Source: Pseudobdellovibrionaceae bacterium (GTDB taxonomy: Bacteria; Bdellovibrionota; Bdellovibrionia; Bdellovibrionales; Bdellovibrionaceae). Taken from it: a DNA stretch of 18,919 bases. The translations under genes were made by a program, and so were the position numbers. Shown here one piece after another: positions 7,051 through 15,044 of the stretch (position 1 is its first letter; every line of letters starts with the position of its first letter). The notes under the pieces were generated by a model that saw only the letters and a program-made list of their open reading frames with translations, did not search any database and was not told where the DNA came from. The DNA lies in assembly GCA_039810425.1 (NCBI GenBank), contig JBDHWW010000055.1:1-18919 (forward strand). Direction: 5' to 3'.

Positions 7051-8121
7051 ATGCGCTTTATTGCTCAAATTTTTGGAGTGGCTTCAATTTGTTTTGTTGC
7101 AGGCTGCGTTTCAAGCACCATTCGTCTTCCGGCTTCTTTCAAGCCTAAATATAACAACAACATGGTTGAGCTTTTAAAGAGCGCGGCTAAAAACGGGATC
7201 ATCTTTCAAGTGAGTGACTCTGTTTTCCGCGATGTGCCCGCCCGCCAAGTGGACCGCTGCCGCAAAGCCGAAGCGCCGACATGGGCAGTAATGCTCACCG
7301 ATCTTCTGACCATGCTCAAAGAAAAAGACAAAGAAGCGTACTACAACAAGTTCCACATCGTGGATATCAAACGCGGCGATAAACCACGCGCTGAAATCAG
7401 CGAAGACCTTTCGCATGTCACTTATCTGACCATCACTTACGCGAAACGTGAAACTCGCGAAAAGATGCTTTCCACCACGACAGTTCCTTGCTATGACAGT
7501 GGCACTGATTATGAAGGCAAAGACCTCATCACCACGAATATTGATTGGCCAAATATCGAGGAGATGAAGCTTGTCCTGAAACAAGCGCCAAATAAGAAGG
7601 ACGTTCCGAGCTTTAAGCTCAACCCAGACTTCCTGACTTTCTTAGCGGAGCGCCAGGCGATTCTAAAAATCGGCCCTGAAGTTCCTTATGCGAAAAGTAA
7701 AGAGGCCGAACCTTACTTAAAAATCTGGCTCGAAAAGATGGCGGTGGAAATTCGTGAGCCATCCAACATCGAATATATCAACTACTGGCTGAAAGAAATC
7801 TCCACCCATAGCCGTCAAGCGAGCTCAATTCAGTTCTTCGGGCTCTATCGCGAGGGCGACGCCGCCCATGGAGTGCAGGTCGACACGGTCGGGAAGTATT
7901 CTCGCAAGTTGAACAACTATCAAGAGCCCACTTATATGTTTATGTCCTACGGTGAAGTTGGTGGCGACACCGTGACGGATGACCTTAAAGACCTCAACAC
8001 TTGCCTGCAAAACTTGACGGGCATTTACAACAATCCACTGGCCATGGGGACCCAGCTGGAAGCGGACGGCGATAGCTTTTTATCCCCGGGTTACTCTTGC
8101 AAGATTGAGCGCAAGCACTAA
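7051..8121 (+). CDS. Hypothetical lipoprotein with RLPAS motif (ATG 7051 preferred over 7006)
   Basis: GGAGG just upstream of 7051; FVAG-C19 lipobox; long ORF; no recognised domain. Confidence 0.8.
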   Translation: MRFIAQIFGVASICFVAGCVSSTIRLPASFKPKYNNNMVELLKSAAKNGIIFQVSDSVFRDVPARQVDRCRKAEAPTWAVMLTDLLTMLKEKDKEAYYNKFHIVDIKRGDKPRAEISEDLSHVTYLTITYAKRETREKMLSTTTVPCYDSGTDYEGKDLITTNIDWPNIEEMKLVLKQAPNKKDVPSFKLNPDFLTFLAERQAILKIGPEVPYAKSKEAEPYLKIWLEKMAVEIREPSNIEYINYWLKEISTHSRQASSIQFFGLYREGDAAHGVQVDTVGKYSRKLNNYQEPTYMFMSYGEVGGDTVTDDLKDLNTCLQNLTGIYNNPLAMGTQLEADGDSFLSPGYSCKIERKH

Positions 8122-9377
8122 GCCGCTGAATCCGCCGGCTTCTGGTACTTTTTCATCAGGACTAGCATCAATAGTCCCGGGATCGCGATTAACATGCATG
8201 TATAATAGAAATTCGCCCACCCAAGGTGCTTCACCATGTCCCCGGAGAAGCCAGAGAAGAAGTTACGGCCGAGAGTCGCAATGCTAGAAAGAATCGCGTA
8301 CTGAGTGGCGGTGTAGCGTTTATTCGTGATGGCTGAGATGAACGCGATGAATGCGGACGAGCCCATTCCCGAACTGACATCTTCAAAGCACACAGTAAAT
8401 GCAAGCGCCCAGTTTTGTGGGCCTGTCATTGTAAGGATCGCAAACGCACCGGTTGAAAGGGCCTGCAAAATCCCGAAAATCCACAGCGAGCGGTAAATGC
8501 CGATGTAGTACATCAACGTACTACCAAGGAAGAGCCCCACCATGCCCGAGATCAAACCAAAAGTTTTTGCAATCAAAGCGATGTCAGCGTTGCTGTAACC
8601 CATCTGCACGTAGTACGGATTCAGCATTGCGCCGGATAAGGCATCACCGAGTTTGAACAAGAATACAAAAGTCAGCATGAAATAAGCGCCATCGCGTTTC
8701 AGGAATTCACGGAAGGGATCAATCACCGCGGCCATCAATGTTCTGGGCGGGGCCTCGTTGACCTTAGGTTCTGGCGCCCAAAAAGTCGTCAAGATCCCAA
8801 TTCCCATAAAAGCGGCCATCGCATAGTAGAGTTCGTTCCATGTCAGGCTAAAACCGGGCGCCCCCACCAGTCCCATACCTAAAGCACCAGAAACGAGCAT
8901 CGCAATACGGTAGCCGTACATATTCATCGAAGAACCAAAACCGAGCTCTTCATCATGCAAGAGTTCGCGGCGGTACGCATCGATCACGATATCTTGAGTG
9001 GCGCTAAAGAACGCCGTCAGAACCGAAAGTATCGCCATGTTCATCAGCGAGACTTTTGGGTCAAACATTCCGATGCCGGCGATTGAGCCCGCCAATAGAA
9101 TCTGGCTCAAGAGCATCCAACCACGGCGGCGGCCGAGCGTCTTAGATATAGTAAAACGGTCCAGCAAAGGCGCCCAAATAAACTTGAGTGAGTAAGCCAA
9201 GCCTACCCAGCCGAAATAGCCGATCATACTGATGTCGACTTGTTCGCGTGCCAGCCAGGTCTTCAGCGTGCCGCCCGTCAGTAGGAGTGGCAAACCACTG
9301 GAAAACCCCAATAAAAATATAATGAGCATCTTCTTGCTGAAGATCTCCTTCAAGAGCGGAGTCTTTTTTTCGGCCAT
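8118..9377 (-). CDS. ampG: AmpG muropeptide MFS permease
   Basis: LGFSSGLPLLL, YSLKFIWAPLLDR, GRRRGW, SATQDIVIDAYRRE, GYRIAML and YTATQYAILSS. Confidence 0.95.
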   Translation of the reverse strand: MAEKKTPLLKEIFSKKMLIIFLLGFSSGLPLLLTGGTLKTWLAREQVDISMIGYFGWVGLAYSLKFIWAPLLDRFTISKTLGRRRGWMLLSQILLAGSIAGIGMFDPKVSLMNMAILSVLTAFFSATQDIVIDAYRRELLHDEELGFGSSMNMYGYRIAMLVSGALGMGLVGAPGFSLTWNELYYAMAAFMGIGILTTFWAPEPKVNEAPPRTLMAAVIDPFREFLKRDGAYFMLTFVFLFKLGDALSGAMLNPYYVQMGYSNADIALIAKTFGLISGMVGLFLGSTLMYYIGIYRSLWIFGILQALSTGAFAILTMTGPQNWALAFTVCFEDVSSGMGSSAFIAFISAITNKRYTATQYAILSSIATLGRNFFSGFSGDMVKHLGWANFYYTCMLIAIPGLLMLVLMKKYQKPADSAA

Positions 9378-9389
9378 GGCGCTTCCTTG

Positions 9390-11057
9390 CTAGCTGTTGC
9401 TTAAGATTTTTTTTCTCATTTTCCAGAGGAGGTGGCTGATATATGGGCGGCGATTTTCTTTTGATGCCACCATCAGCAATTTTGTGATTTTCAGATCATT
9501 TGGATCTGTATAGAGCAAAATCATCAATTCCTGAATGAAGTTTGTATTCAACGTCACGTAGTTATCCGTTCCTACGCCAAGCTGCACGTTTTTCTTTTCC
9601 CACCAAGAGAACGGATGATCTTTGTAATCATCGAATTTGCCGGTGAGTTTATTATTTGAAGAGGGGAGAGAGATCAAAGAGATCTCTTTCTGAATCATAC
9701 GGTTCAAAACGTCATGCTGGTAGTGTTCCACCTCGCGTGCCGTATGGAACTTCGCTTTCAAGAAATCCGTATTGTCTTGCTCAGTCAAAAGTACGCCTTT
9801 GAGCAATTTATCCAACACCGGTTTGTAGTTACCCCAATCAAGCTCGGTCAGTTCGCGATAGTGCGGATCTTTCGCTAGGATTGCAATGCCTTGCTTATTC
9901 TTGTGGGAAACTTCCTGATAGAGGCGGTGGAAGTACACGTTTGGGTTAATCCCGAGGCTAATCCCATGTTCAAGCGTGTCTATGTGCCAGATGTTCATGG
10001 CGTTGTCGACGGCCTGAATGCCTTTTTTGAGAGTATGCCAAGTTTCGCCGTGATGGGAACGGATTTTCAAACCGCGGTATTGTAATTTACGGAAGCCGGT
10101 TTGCATCTCGTAGAAATGCTCTTTGCGGTAAAGCTCGCGTTCGTCACCCACGGTGTCCACATCGGTCATATGCTTTTGCAGGAAAGGGTACTTATCCATC
10201 ATGCGGATCATGTCGTTGATTTGAGCTATGAAGTGATCCTTGCGGGATTTGAATCTCGCGGAGTCAAAGAAGCTCGACTCTTTACGGAATGACGGGGAAA
10301 GAACGAAATCAAAATCAGAATGCTCATCCTGGAATTTCTTAAAGCCCTCGTATAAACCAAGAACCACGTCTTCAGGTGTGACATCGTCAATGCCCGGGAT
10401 CTGTTCCGAAGAGCTCGACGTCGCGCGGTCTAACGTAAACTTCAAACGAATGCGGCCGACATTAAATTTGCTATAGAGCTCGTTGGCCATATCGTAAGCT
10501 GCATCCGCATGCGTTTGGCGATCAATAAATACCAACTTTGGAAGATACAGGATCTTCAAGTAAGTCAGGAAGCCTTCGGTCTCATCCAACCGAATCAACT
10601 TATCGACATCGGCAATCGACTTGATCGGCAGAGCTTGGTCGCCGTAAACTTCTTTGATTTTCGTTTCGTAAATATCCTTATGAGGACCTTCGAGAAGTTT
10701 CTTCAGCCGGGGGTACAAAAATTCAGCCGTAATTGAGCCAGTAAGGTGGATGTGCTCCTCGTGATATTTCATTGGGAAATTTTTAAATAGTTCGAACAAG
10801 CACTCTGAAATCGGATGGACGAGCAAAACATTGATATTGATTTTATTGGTAACGAACTGGTCAATGAGGCCACGGAACTCAACCGCCAGATCCAAAGCTT
10901 TTTGGTTTTCAGCATTCAACTCGGAAGAGATCAGAAGATTCAAAGTATCTTTGAGCGAGATCCCGTTGGTTTCGCTCACGATAAGGGTGAGCCATTTTAC
11001 TAAGTCTTTTTTGGTTTTCGGATCTAACGCGCCCGGTTTTTTTTCATTTTTTAGCAT
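9390..11057 (-). CDS. Adenosine/AMP-deaminase-fold amidohydrolase, enlarged (555 aa)
   Basis: Metal-site motifs EHIHLTGS, VGDE, HHGE, LEHG, LPSSN and GTDN, in the order seen in adenosine deaminases. Confidence 0.8.
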   Translation of the reverse strand: MLKNEKKPGALDPKTKKDLVKWLTLIVSETNGISLKDTLNLLISSELNAENQKALDLAVEFRGLIDQFVTNKININVLLVHPISECLFELFKNFPMKYHEEHIHLTGSITAEFLYPRLKKLLEGPHKDIYETKIKEVYGDQALPIKSIADVDKLIRLDETEGFLTYLKILYLPKLVFIDRQTHADAAYDMANELYSKFNVGRIRLKFTLDRATSSSSEQIPGIDDVTPEDVVLGLYEGFKKFQDEHSDFDFVLSPSFRKESSFFDSARFKSRKDHFIAQINDMIRMMDKYPFLQKHMTDVDTVGDERELYRKEHFYEMQTGFRKLQYRGLKIRSHHGETWHTLKKGIQAVDNAMNIWHIDTLEHGISLGINPNVYFHRLYQEVSHKNKQGIAILAKDPHYRELTELDWGNYKPVLDKLLKGVLLTEQDNTDFLKAKFHTAREVEHYQHDVLNRMIQKEISLISLPSSNNKLTGKFDDYKDHPFSWWEKKNVQLGVGTDNYVTLNTNFIQELMILLYTDPNDLKITKLLMVASKENRRPYISHLLWKMRKKILSNS

Positions 11058-11066
11058 GTATCGAAT

Positions 11067-11522
11067 CTATCGAGGATTCAAATACTTGTACATGATTTTA
11101 TGGGGCCCGATCCGGTCCATCTCAAAGAGCGGGCCCTGGTAAGCAAAGCCCATTTTTTCATAGAACGGAAAGGCCCTTATGCGGGCATTGCACCAAAGCA
11201 AGTCGCAGTATTTTTGGCGCAACAAAACCATTCCATGCTGAAGCAGAATCTGGCCGAAGCCTTGGCCGTGATAATTTGGATCTGTCGCCATTCCGCGGAG
11301 ACGATAGGGATTGCCGGCATTGAAAACCGGATGGGATTCCGTGAGGAGGGTGCAAATAGTGACCAGTTTTCTTTCGTGAAACAGGCCCAAATGCAAAGTC
11401 GTCGGGTCGTTGTCTGCCACATTCACGCAATCGTCAATGTGCAGGAAAGGCTTAAGCACTTTCTGTCGTAAAGGGAGCGTATATTCCAAAGGGATTTTAG
11501 AGATGTGGTGGTGTAACTTCAT
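11067..11522 (-). CDS. GNAT family N-acetyltransferase
   Basis: LRQKVL, YRLRGMAT, acetyl-CoA loop YHGQGFG, WCNAR..AFPFYEKMGF. Confidence 0.92.
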   Translation of the reverse strand: MKLHHHISKIPLEYTLPLRQKVLKPFLHIDDCVNVADNDPTTLHLGLFHERKLVTICTLLTESHPVFNAGNPYRLRGMATDPNYHGQGFGQILLQHGMVLLRQKYCDLLWCNARIRAFPFYEKMGFAYQGPLFEMDRIGPHKIMYKYLNPR

Positions 11523-12070
11523 CCTGCCTTAAACCGTAAATACTCCAACCAGATGGGCGGAGCGGAGTTTGATTTCAACTCCATTTCCATCTGGATTTCC
11601 AATTCGCGAATTGGTAGCCATGATGGCATTTTCGGCTCGGTTAATAAAGGCATATTTGCAGTTTGTGGTGTGCGATTGGCTTTGCGTTGGTTGCATTCCC
11701 GGCAGGCGGAAACAACGTTCGTCCAAGTTTTCTTTCCATTTTTTGAAGCGGGAACCACATGATCAAGAGTGAGATGTTTGGCGGCTAGTTTGTCGCCACA
11801 ATACTGGCAGGTAAAATTATCGCGGATATAGACATTTTCGCGGCAGAACCGGACTGCGCCGTTGGACCTGGGTCGAACATAACTTTTCAACCTCAAGACG
11901 CTCGGCATTTGGTAATTAGACCGTGCCGACCGGGCAAACACAGTGTGGTACTCCAAGATCTCTACTTTATCCTGGAACCACAGAATCAAGGCCTTCTGCC
12001 AACTAACAATCCGCATCGGCTCGTAACTCGAATTGAGAAGCAGAGACCTCAGTGAGGATAAATGATGCAT
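11519..12070 (-). CDS. HNH endonuclease (McrA-like, Zn-binding); ATG 12070 preferred
   Basis: LLLNSSYEP, PSVLRL, RDNFTCQYCG, LTLDHVVP, WTNVVSACRECNQRKAN; GGAGG upstream of 12070. Confidence 0.92.
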   Translation of the reverse strand: MHHLSSLRSLLLNSSYEPMRIVSWQKALILWFQDKVEILEYHTVFARSARSNYQMPSVLRLKSYVRPRSNGAVRFCRENVYIRDNFTCQYCGDKLAAKHLTLDHVVPASKNGKKTWTNVVSACRECNQRKANRTPQTANMPLLTEPKMPSWLPIRELEIQMEMELKSNSAPPIWLEYLRFKAG

Positions 12071-12099
12071 TACCCCTCCCATGGAGCTCTCTACCTTAA

Positions 12100-12129
12100 A
12101 TTATAAAGGGTTTGGGCTACGATTTTCAA
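12100..12129 (-). promoter_or_regulatory. Putative sigma70 promoter of the HNH-GNAT-deaminase-ampG operon
   Basis: TTGAAA-N18-TATAAT on the minus strand, 30 bp upstream of the HNH start. Confidence 0.55.
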
Positions 12130-12202
12130 GTACCTGGACCATAATCCCTTGAAATTAGGCCCTTTTCGCGATAGCTCCCTATTAAATCAAAGGAGACCCA
12201 TT

Positions 12203-12679
12203 ATGAAACGCCGAGTTTTCGCATTTAATTATGTCCTAAAAGGAGCCGACGGCCAAACCCTCGACGCTTCAGATGCCGGCGAACCATTGGCATTTTTAGA
12301 AGGTACGGGAATGATCATTCCTAAGTTGGAAGAAGAAGTGGTGAAAATGAAAGTGGGTGACAAGCAAACGATCAAGTTAGCGGCGAAAGACGCTTACGGT
12401 TTGTCAGATCCAAAGATGACCATGGAAGTTCCAAAAGAAGAGCTCGCTCATTTGAAGATCGAACTCGGCGCCTATTTGCAATTGAACTTGGGTGAACAAA
12501 CGAAAGTTGTTCGCGTTGCTAACATTGGCGATAAAACAGTAACCCTCGATGGAAACCACCCTCTGGCGGGAACGGACCTTGTCTTTGACATCGATATGGT
12601 GGCTATCCGTGAAGCGACGGCTGAGGAGCTGCAGCACGGCCATGCTCACGGCGCACAGGGCCACGGTCACCACCATTGA
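12203..12679 (+). CDS. slyD: SlyD FKBP-type peptidyl-prolyl isomerase
   Basis: AAGGAG RBS before ATG 12203; DGNHPLAG, REATAEELQHGHAH and a His-rich tail. Confidence 0.95.
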   Translation: MKRRVFAFNYVLKGADGQTLDASDAGEPLAFLEGTGMIIPKLEEEVVKMKVGDKQTIKLAAKDAYGLSDPKMTMEVPKEELAHLKIELGAYLQLNLGEQTKVVRVANIGDKTVTLDGNHPLAGTDLVFDIDMVAIREATAEELQHGHAHGAQGHGHHH

Positions 12680-12726
12680 TAGAAAATGGATAATGAACAA
12701 GAGAGTTTATTGAGAATGGATTGAGA

Positions 12727-13209
12727 ATGGCTTCATTTGATATTGTTTCTGAAATCAACATTCAAGAAGTGGACAATGCGGTCAATCAGGCTCGTAAAGA
12801 GGTTGAGGGGCGCTATGATTTCAAGGGTAGTCAGGCTGAAATTCAGTGGGACAAGAAGGAAATCACGCTCTTAGCTGAGGATGACTATAAAGTCGAAGCT
12901 ATGGGAAGTATTCTCCAATCCAAGCTGCATCGCCGCGGCGTAGATATAAAATCCTTTAAATTTGAGAAGCCCGAGCCGGCTGGGGGGAAAATGCTCCGCC
13001 AAAAAATCATAATTCAGCAGGGCATCGATAAAGAGGTCGCTAAAGACATCGTAAAATGGATTAAGGACTCAAAATTAAAGGTCCAGCCGCAAATTATGGA
13101 CGACAAGGTGAGGGTTACCTCCAAAAGTATCGACGAGTTGCAGGAAGCTATTGCTAAGGTCCGGTCTGGAGCCTTTCCAATTCCACTACAATTCAATAAT
13201 ATGAGATAG
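12727..13209 (+). CDS. yajQ: YajQ family nucleotide/c-di-GMP-binding protein
   Basis: MASFDIVSE..QEVDNAVNQ..RYDFKGS..QGI..VRVTSKSIDELQ..LQFNNMR. Confidence 0.95.
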   Translation: MASFDIVSEINIQEVDNAVNQARKEVEGRYDFKGSQAEIQWDKKEITLLAEDDYKVEAMGSILQSKLHRRGVDIKSFKFEKPEPAGGKMLRQKIIIQQGIDKEVAKDIVKWIKDSKLKVQPQIMDDKVRVTSKSIDELQEAIAKVRSGAFPIPLQFNNMR

Positions 13210-13218
13210 GAATTTCAC

Positions 13219-13246
13219 TTGCACAGATTGTAGGCTGTGCTAGATT
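13219..13246 (+). promoter_or_regulatory. Putative sigma70 promoter of the RRM gene
   Basis: TTGCAC-N16-TAGATT with an extended -10 TG. Confidence 0.45.
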
Positions 13247-13332
13247 TAACAAAGTTAACAATGTCCCGCGTTCGTAGTTCCTAGAGTCTGTTTTGCTCGT
13301 GGCTCCCGCGGTCTAAGATCCCTGGAGGTACC

Positions 13333-13695
13333 ATGGGTAAAAAGTTATATGTAGGCAATCTTCCTTATTCAATCACTGACGACAGTCTTCACAGCAGATT
13401 TGCTGAGTTCGGTGCTGTTTCTTCCGCGAAAGTTATCACAGACCGTGAAACTGGCCGTAGCAAAGGCTTTGGCTTCGTAGAAATGGAATCAGACTCTGAT
13501 GCTGACATGGCGATTGAAAAGTTGAATGGCGCTCAAATGGATGGTCGCGCGATCAATGTTTCTGAAGCTCGTCCACAAGCTCCACGTGAAGGTGGCGGCC
13601 GTGGTGGCTTCGGTGGCGGTGGACGCGGCGGTGGCGGCGGACGTGGCGGCTTCGGCGGTGGCGGACGTGGTGGTGGCGGCGGTGGCCGTTACTAG
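13333..13695 (+). CDS. RRM RNA-binding protein with Gly/Arg-rich tail
   Basis: RNP2 LYVGNL, RNP1 KGFGFVEM, repeated GGRGG(F)GGG; GGAGG RBS. Confidence 0.96.
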   Translation: MGKKLYVGNLPYSITDDSLHSRFAEFGAVSSAKVITDRETGRSKGFGFVEMESDSDADMAIEKLNGAQMDGRAINVSEARPQAPREGGGRGGFGGGGRGGGGGRGGFGGGGRGGGGGGRY

Positions 13696-13770
13696 TTGCT
13701 GCGATTGTTAACTTGCATTTGCGGTTAATAATACAGTCAGACTTGTCTTTTAAGTCTTAGATAGAGTCTC

Positions 13771-14382
13771 ATGGAACCCATGAGACTCTTTTTATTTTTA
13801 GCCCTTTTATTTTCTTTCTCTTTCTCATTTGCGCAAAGCAAAAAACTCGTAGTGCTTGGCGACTCCCTCACTGAAGGTATCGGCGTCGCAAAGGAAGCCG
13901 CCTATCCCGCGCTTGTTGAAAAAAAGATCCACGACAGCGGTAAGAAAGAGTGGACTGTTGTGAATGCCGGCGTGAGTGGTTCTACGACAGCCTCTGTTGT
14001 GGGTCGCTTGAAGTGGCTCTTCAAATCGAAGCCGGACCTGCTTTTGATTGTCATGGGTGCAAACGATGGCCTTCGCGGTTTGAAAATCGAAGAGAGTGAG
14101 AAAAATCTTGCCGCCGCGATTGAGTTCGCTCAGGCGCAAAAAGTTCCAGTGGCTCTGGGGGGGCTGTATGTGCCGCCAAACTACGGCAAGGACTACACTG
14201 AGAAATTTAAAAAAATGTATCTAGATCTTTCGAGGAAATACAAGACGCCGTTGATTCCGTTTATTCTGGATAAGGTGGCAGGTGATCCTAAGTACAATCA
14301 AGCCGACGGCATCCATCCCAATGAAGCTGGACATAAAATCATCGCGGATACGGTTTATCAGGAAATCAAAGGTCTGTTATGA
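13771..14382 (+). CDS. tesA: Arylesterase/acyl-CoA thioesterase I (SGNH/GDSL), secreted
   Basis: Signal peptide, LGDSLT, NAGVSG, GANDGLRG, PPNYG and DGIHPN. Confidence 0.92.
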   Translation: MEPMRLFLFLALLFSFSFSFAQSKKLVVLGDSLTEGIGVAKEAAYPALVEKKIHDSGKKEWTVVNAGVSGSTTASVVGRLKWLFKSKPDLLLIVMGANDGLRGLKIEESEKNLAAAIEFAQAQKVPVALGGLYVPPNYGKDYTEKFKKMYLDLSRKYKTPLIPFILDKVAGDPKYNQADGIHPNEAGHKIIADTVYQEIKGLL

Positions 14383-15044
14383 GTCTCTATATCAAAAATT
14401 TGCAGAAGTCGTTTCATCAGGGCGAAGACCGTGTAGCGGTGCTCAACGGCCTGACCGCGGATATTAAAAATGGTGAAGTCGTGGCGATTGTCGGTCAATC
14501 AGGCAGCGGGAAGTCCACGCTCCTGTCATTGCTGGCGGGGCTTGATCAGGCCGACATGGGCGATGTTGTTGTGGATGGCGTGAATATCAGCACGATGACA
14601 GAGAAGCAAGTGACTGACTTCCGTGGGCAGAATATCGGAATCGTCTTTCAGCAGTATCATCTCGTATCGCACTTAACCGCGCTTGAGAATGTGATGCTGC
14701 CGATGGAAATCCTCGGAATGCCTGAGGCAGAAAAGCAGGCAGTGGGAATGCTTAAAGAAATGGGCCTTGAGCACCGCTTGCATCAATTCCCCAGCCGTAT
14801 GAGCGGTGGTGAGTGCCAGCGGGTCGCGATTGCGCGTGCATTGGCGGTGCACCCGAAGATTTTGCTGGCCGACGAGCCCAGCGGAAACCTGGACATACAT
14901 ACGGGTGATCGGGTGATGAATATCTTTTTCGAAGCGGCTAAGAAATATCAAATTACCACGATTCTGGTCACTCACAGTGAAGCTTTGGCAACGCGCTGTC
15001 AGAGGACGCTCCGTCTTTCTGAAGGACAGCTTGTGGAGGCCTAA
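14379..15044 (+). CDS. ybbA: ABC transporter ATP-binding protein (YbbA/LolD-like)
   Basis: Walker A GQSGSGKST, signature MSGGECQR, LLADEPSGNLD, VTH; lies between tesA and a YbbP-like permease. Confidence 0.88.
   Translation: MSLYIKNLQKSFHQGEDRVAVLNGLTADIKNGEVVAIVGQSGSGKSTLLSLLAGLDQADMGDVVVDGVNISTMTEKQVTDFRGQNIGIVFQQYHLVSHLTALENVMLPMEILGMPEAEKQAVGMLKEMGLEHRLHQFPSRMSGGECQRVAIARALAVHPKILLADEPSGNLDIHTGDRVMNIFFEAAKKYQITTILVTHSEALATRCQRTLRLSEGQLVEA

Noticed and set aside
9390..12070. RADAR-like or other anti-phage deaminase/HNH defence system
   Set aside because: No partner ATPase; it is embedded among housekeeping genes with core-like composition, and the HNH is of a widespread standalone type.
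12709..12730. Tandem ATTGAGAATGG x2 at the yajQ start
   Set aside because: Simple short duplication, likely slippage; no functional evidence.
13201..13215. oriIS look-alike on the minus strand (AAATTCCTATCTCAT versus AAATTCCTATCCTCAT at 2026-2041)
   Set aside because: It is formed by the last yajQ codons (ATG AGA TAG); both flanking genes are intact and no IS sequence adjoins, so it is probably coincidence.
13591..13690. GGN-rich repeat
   Set aside because: Explained by the Gly/Arg-rich tail of the RRM protein.
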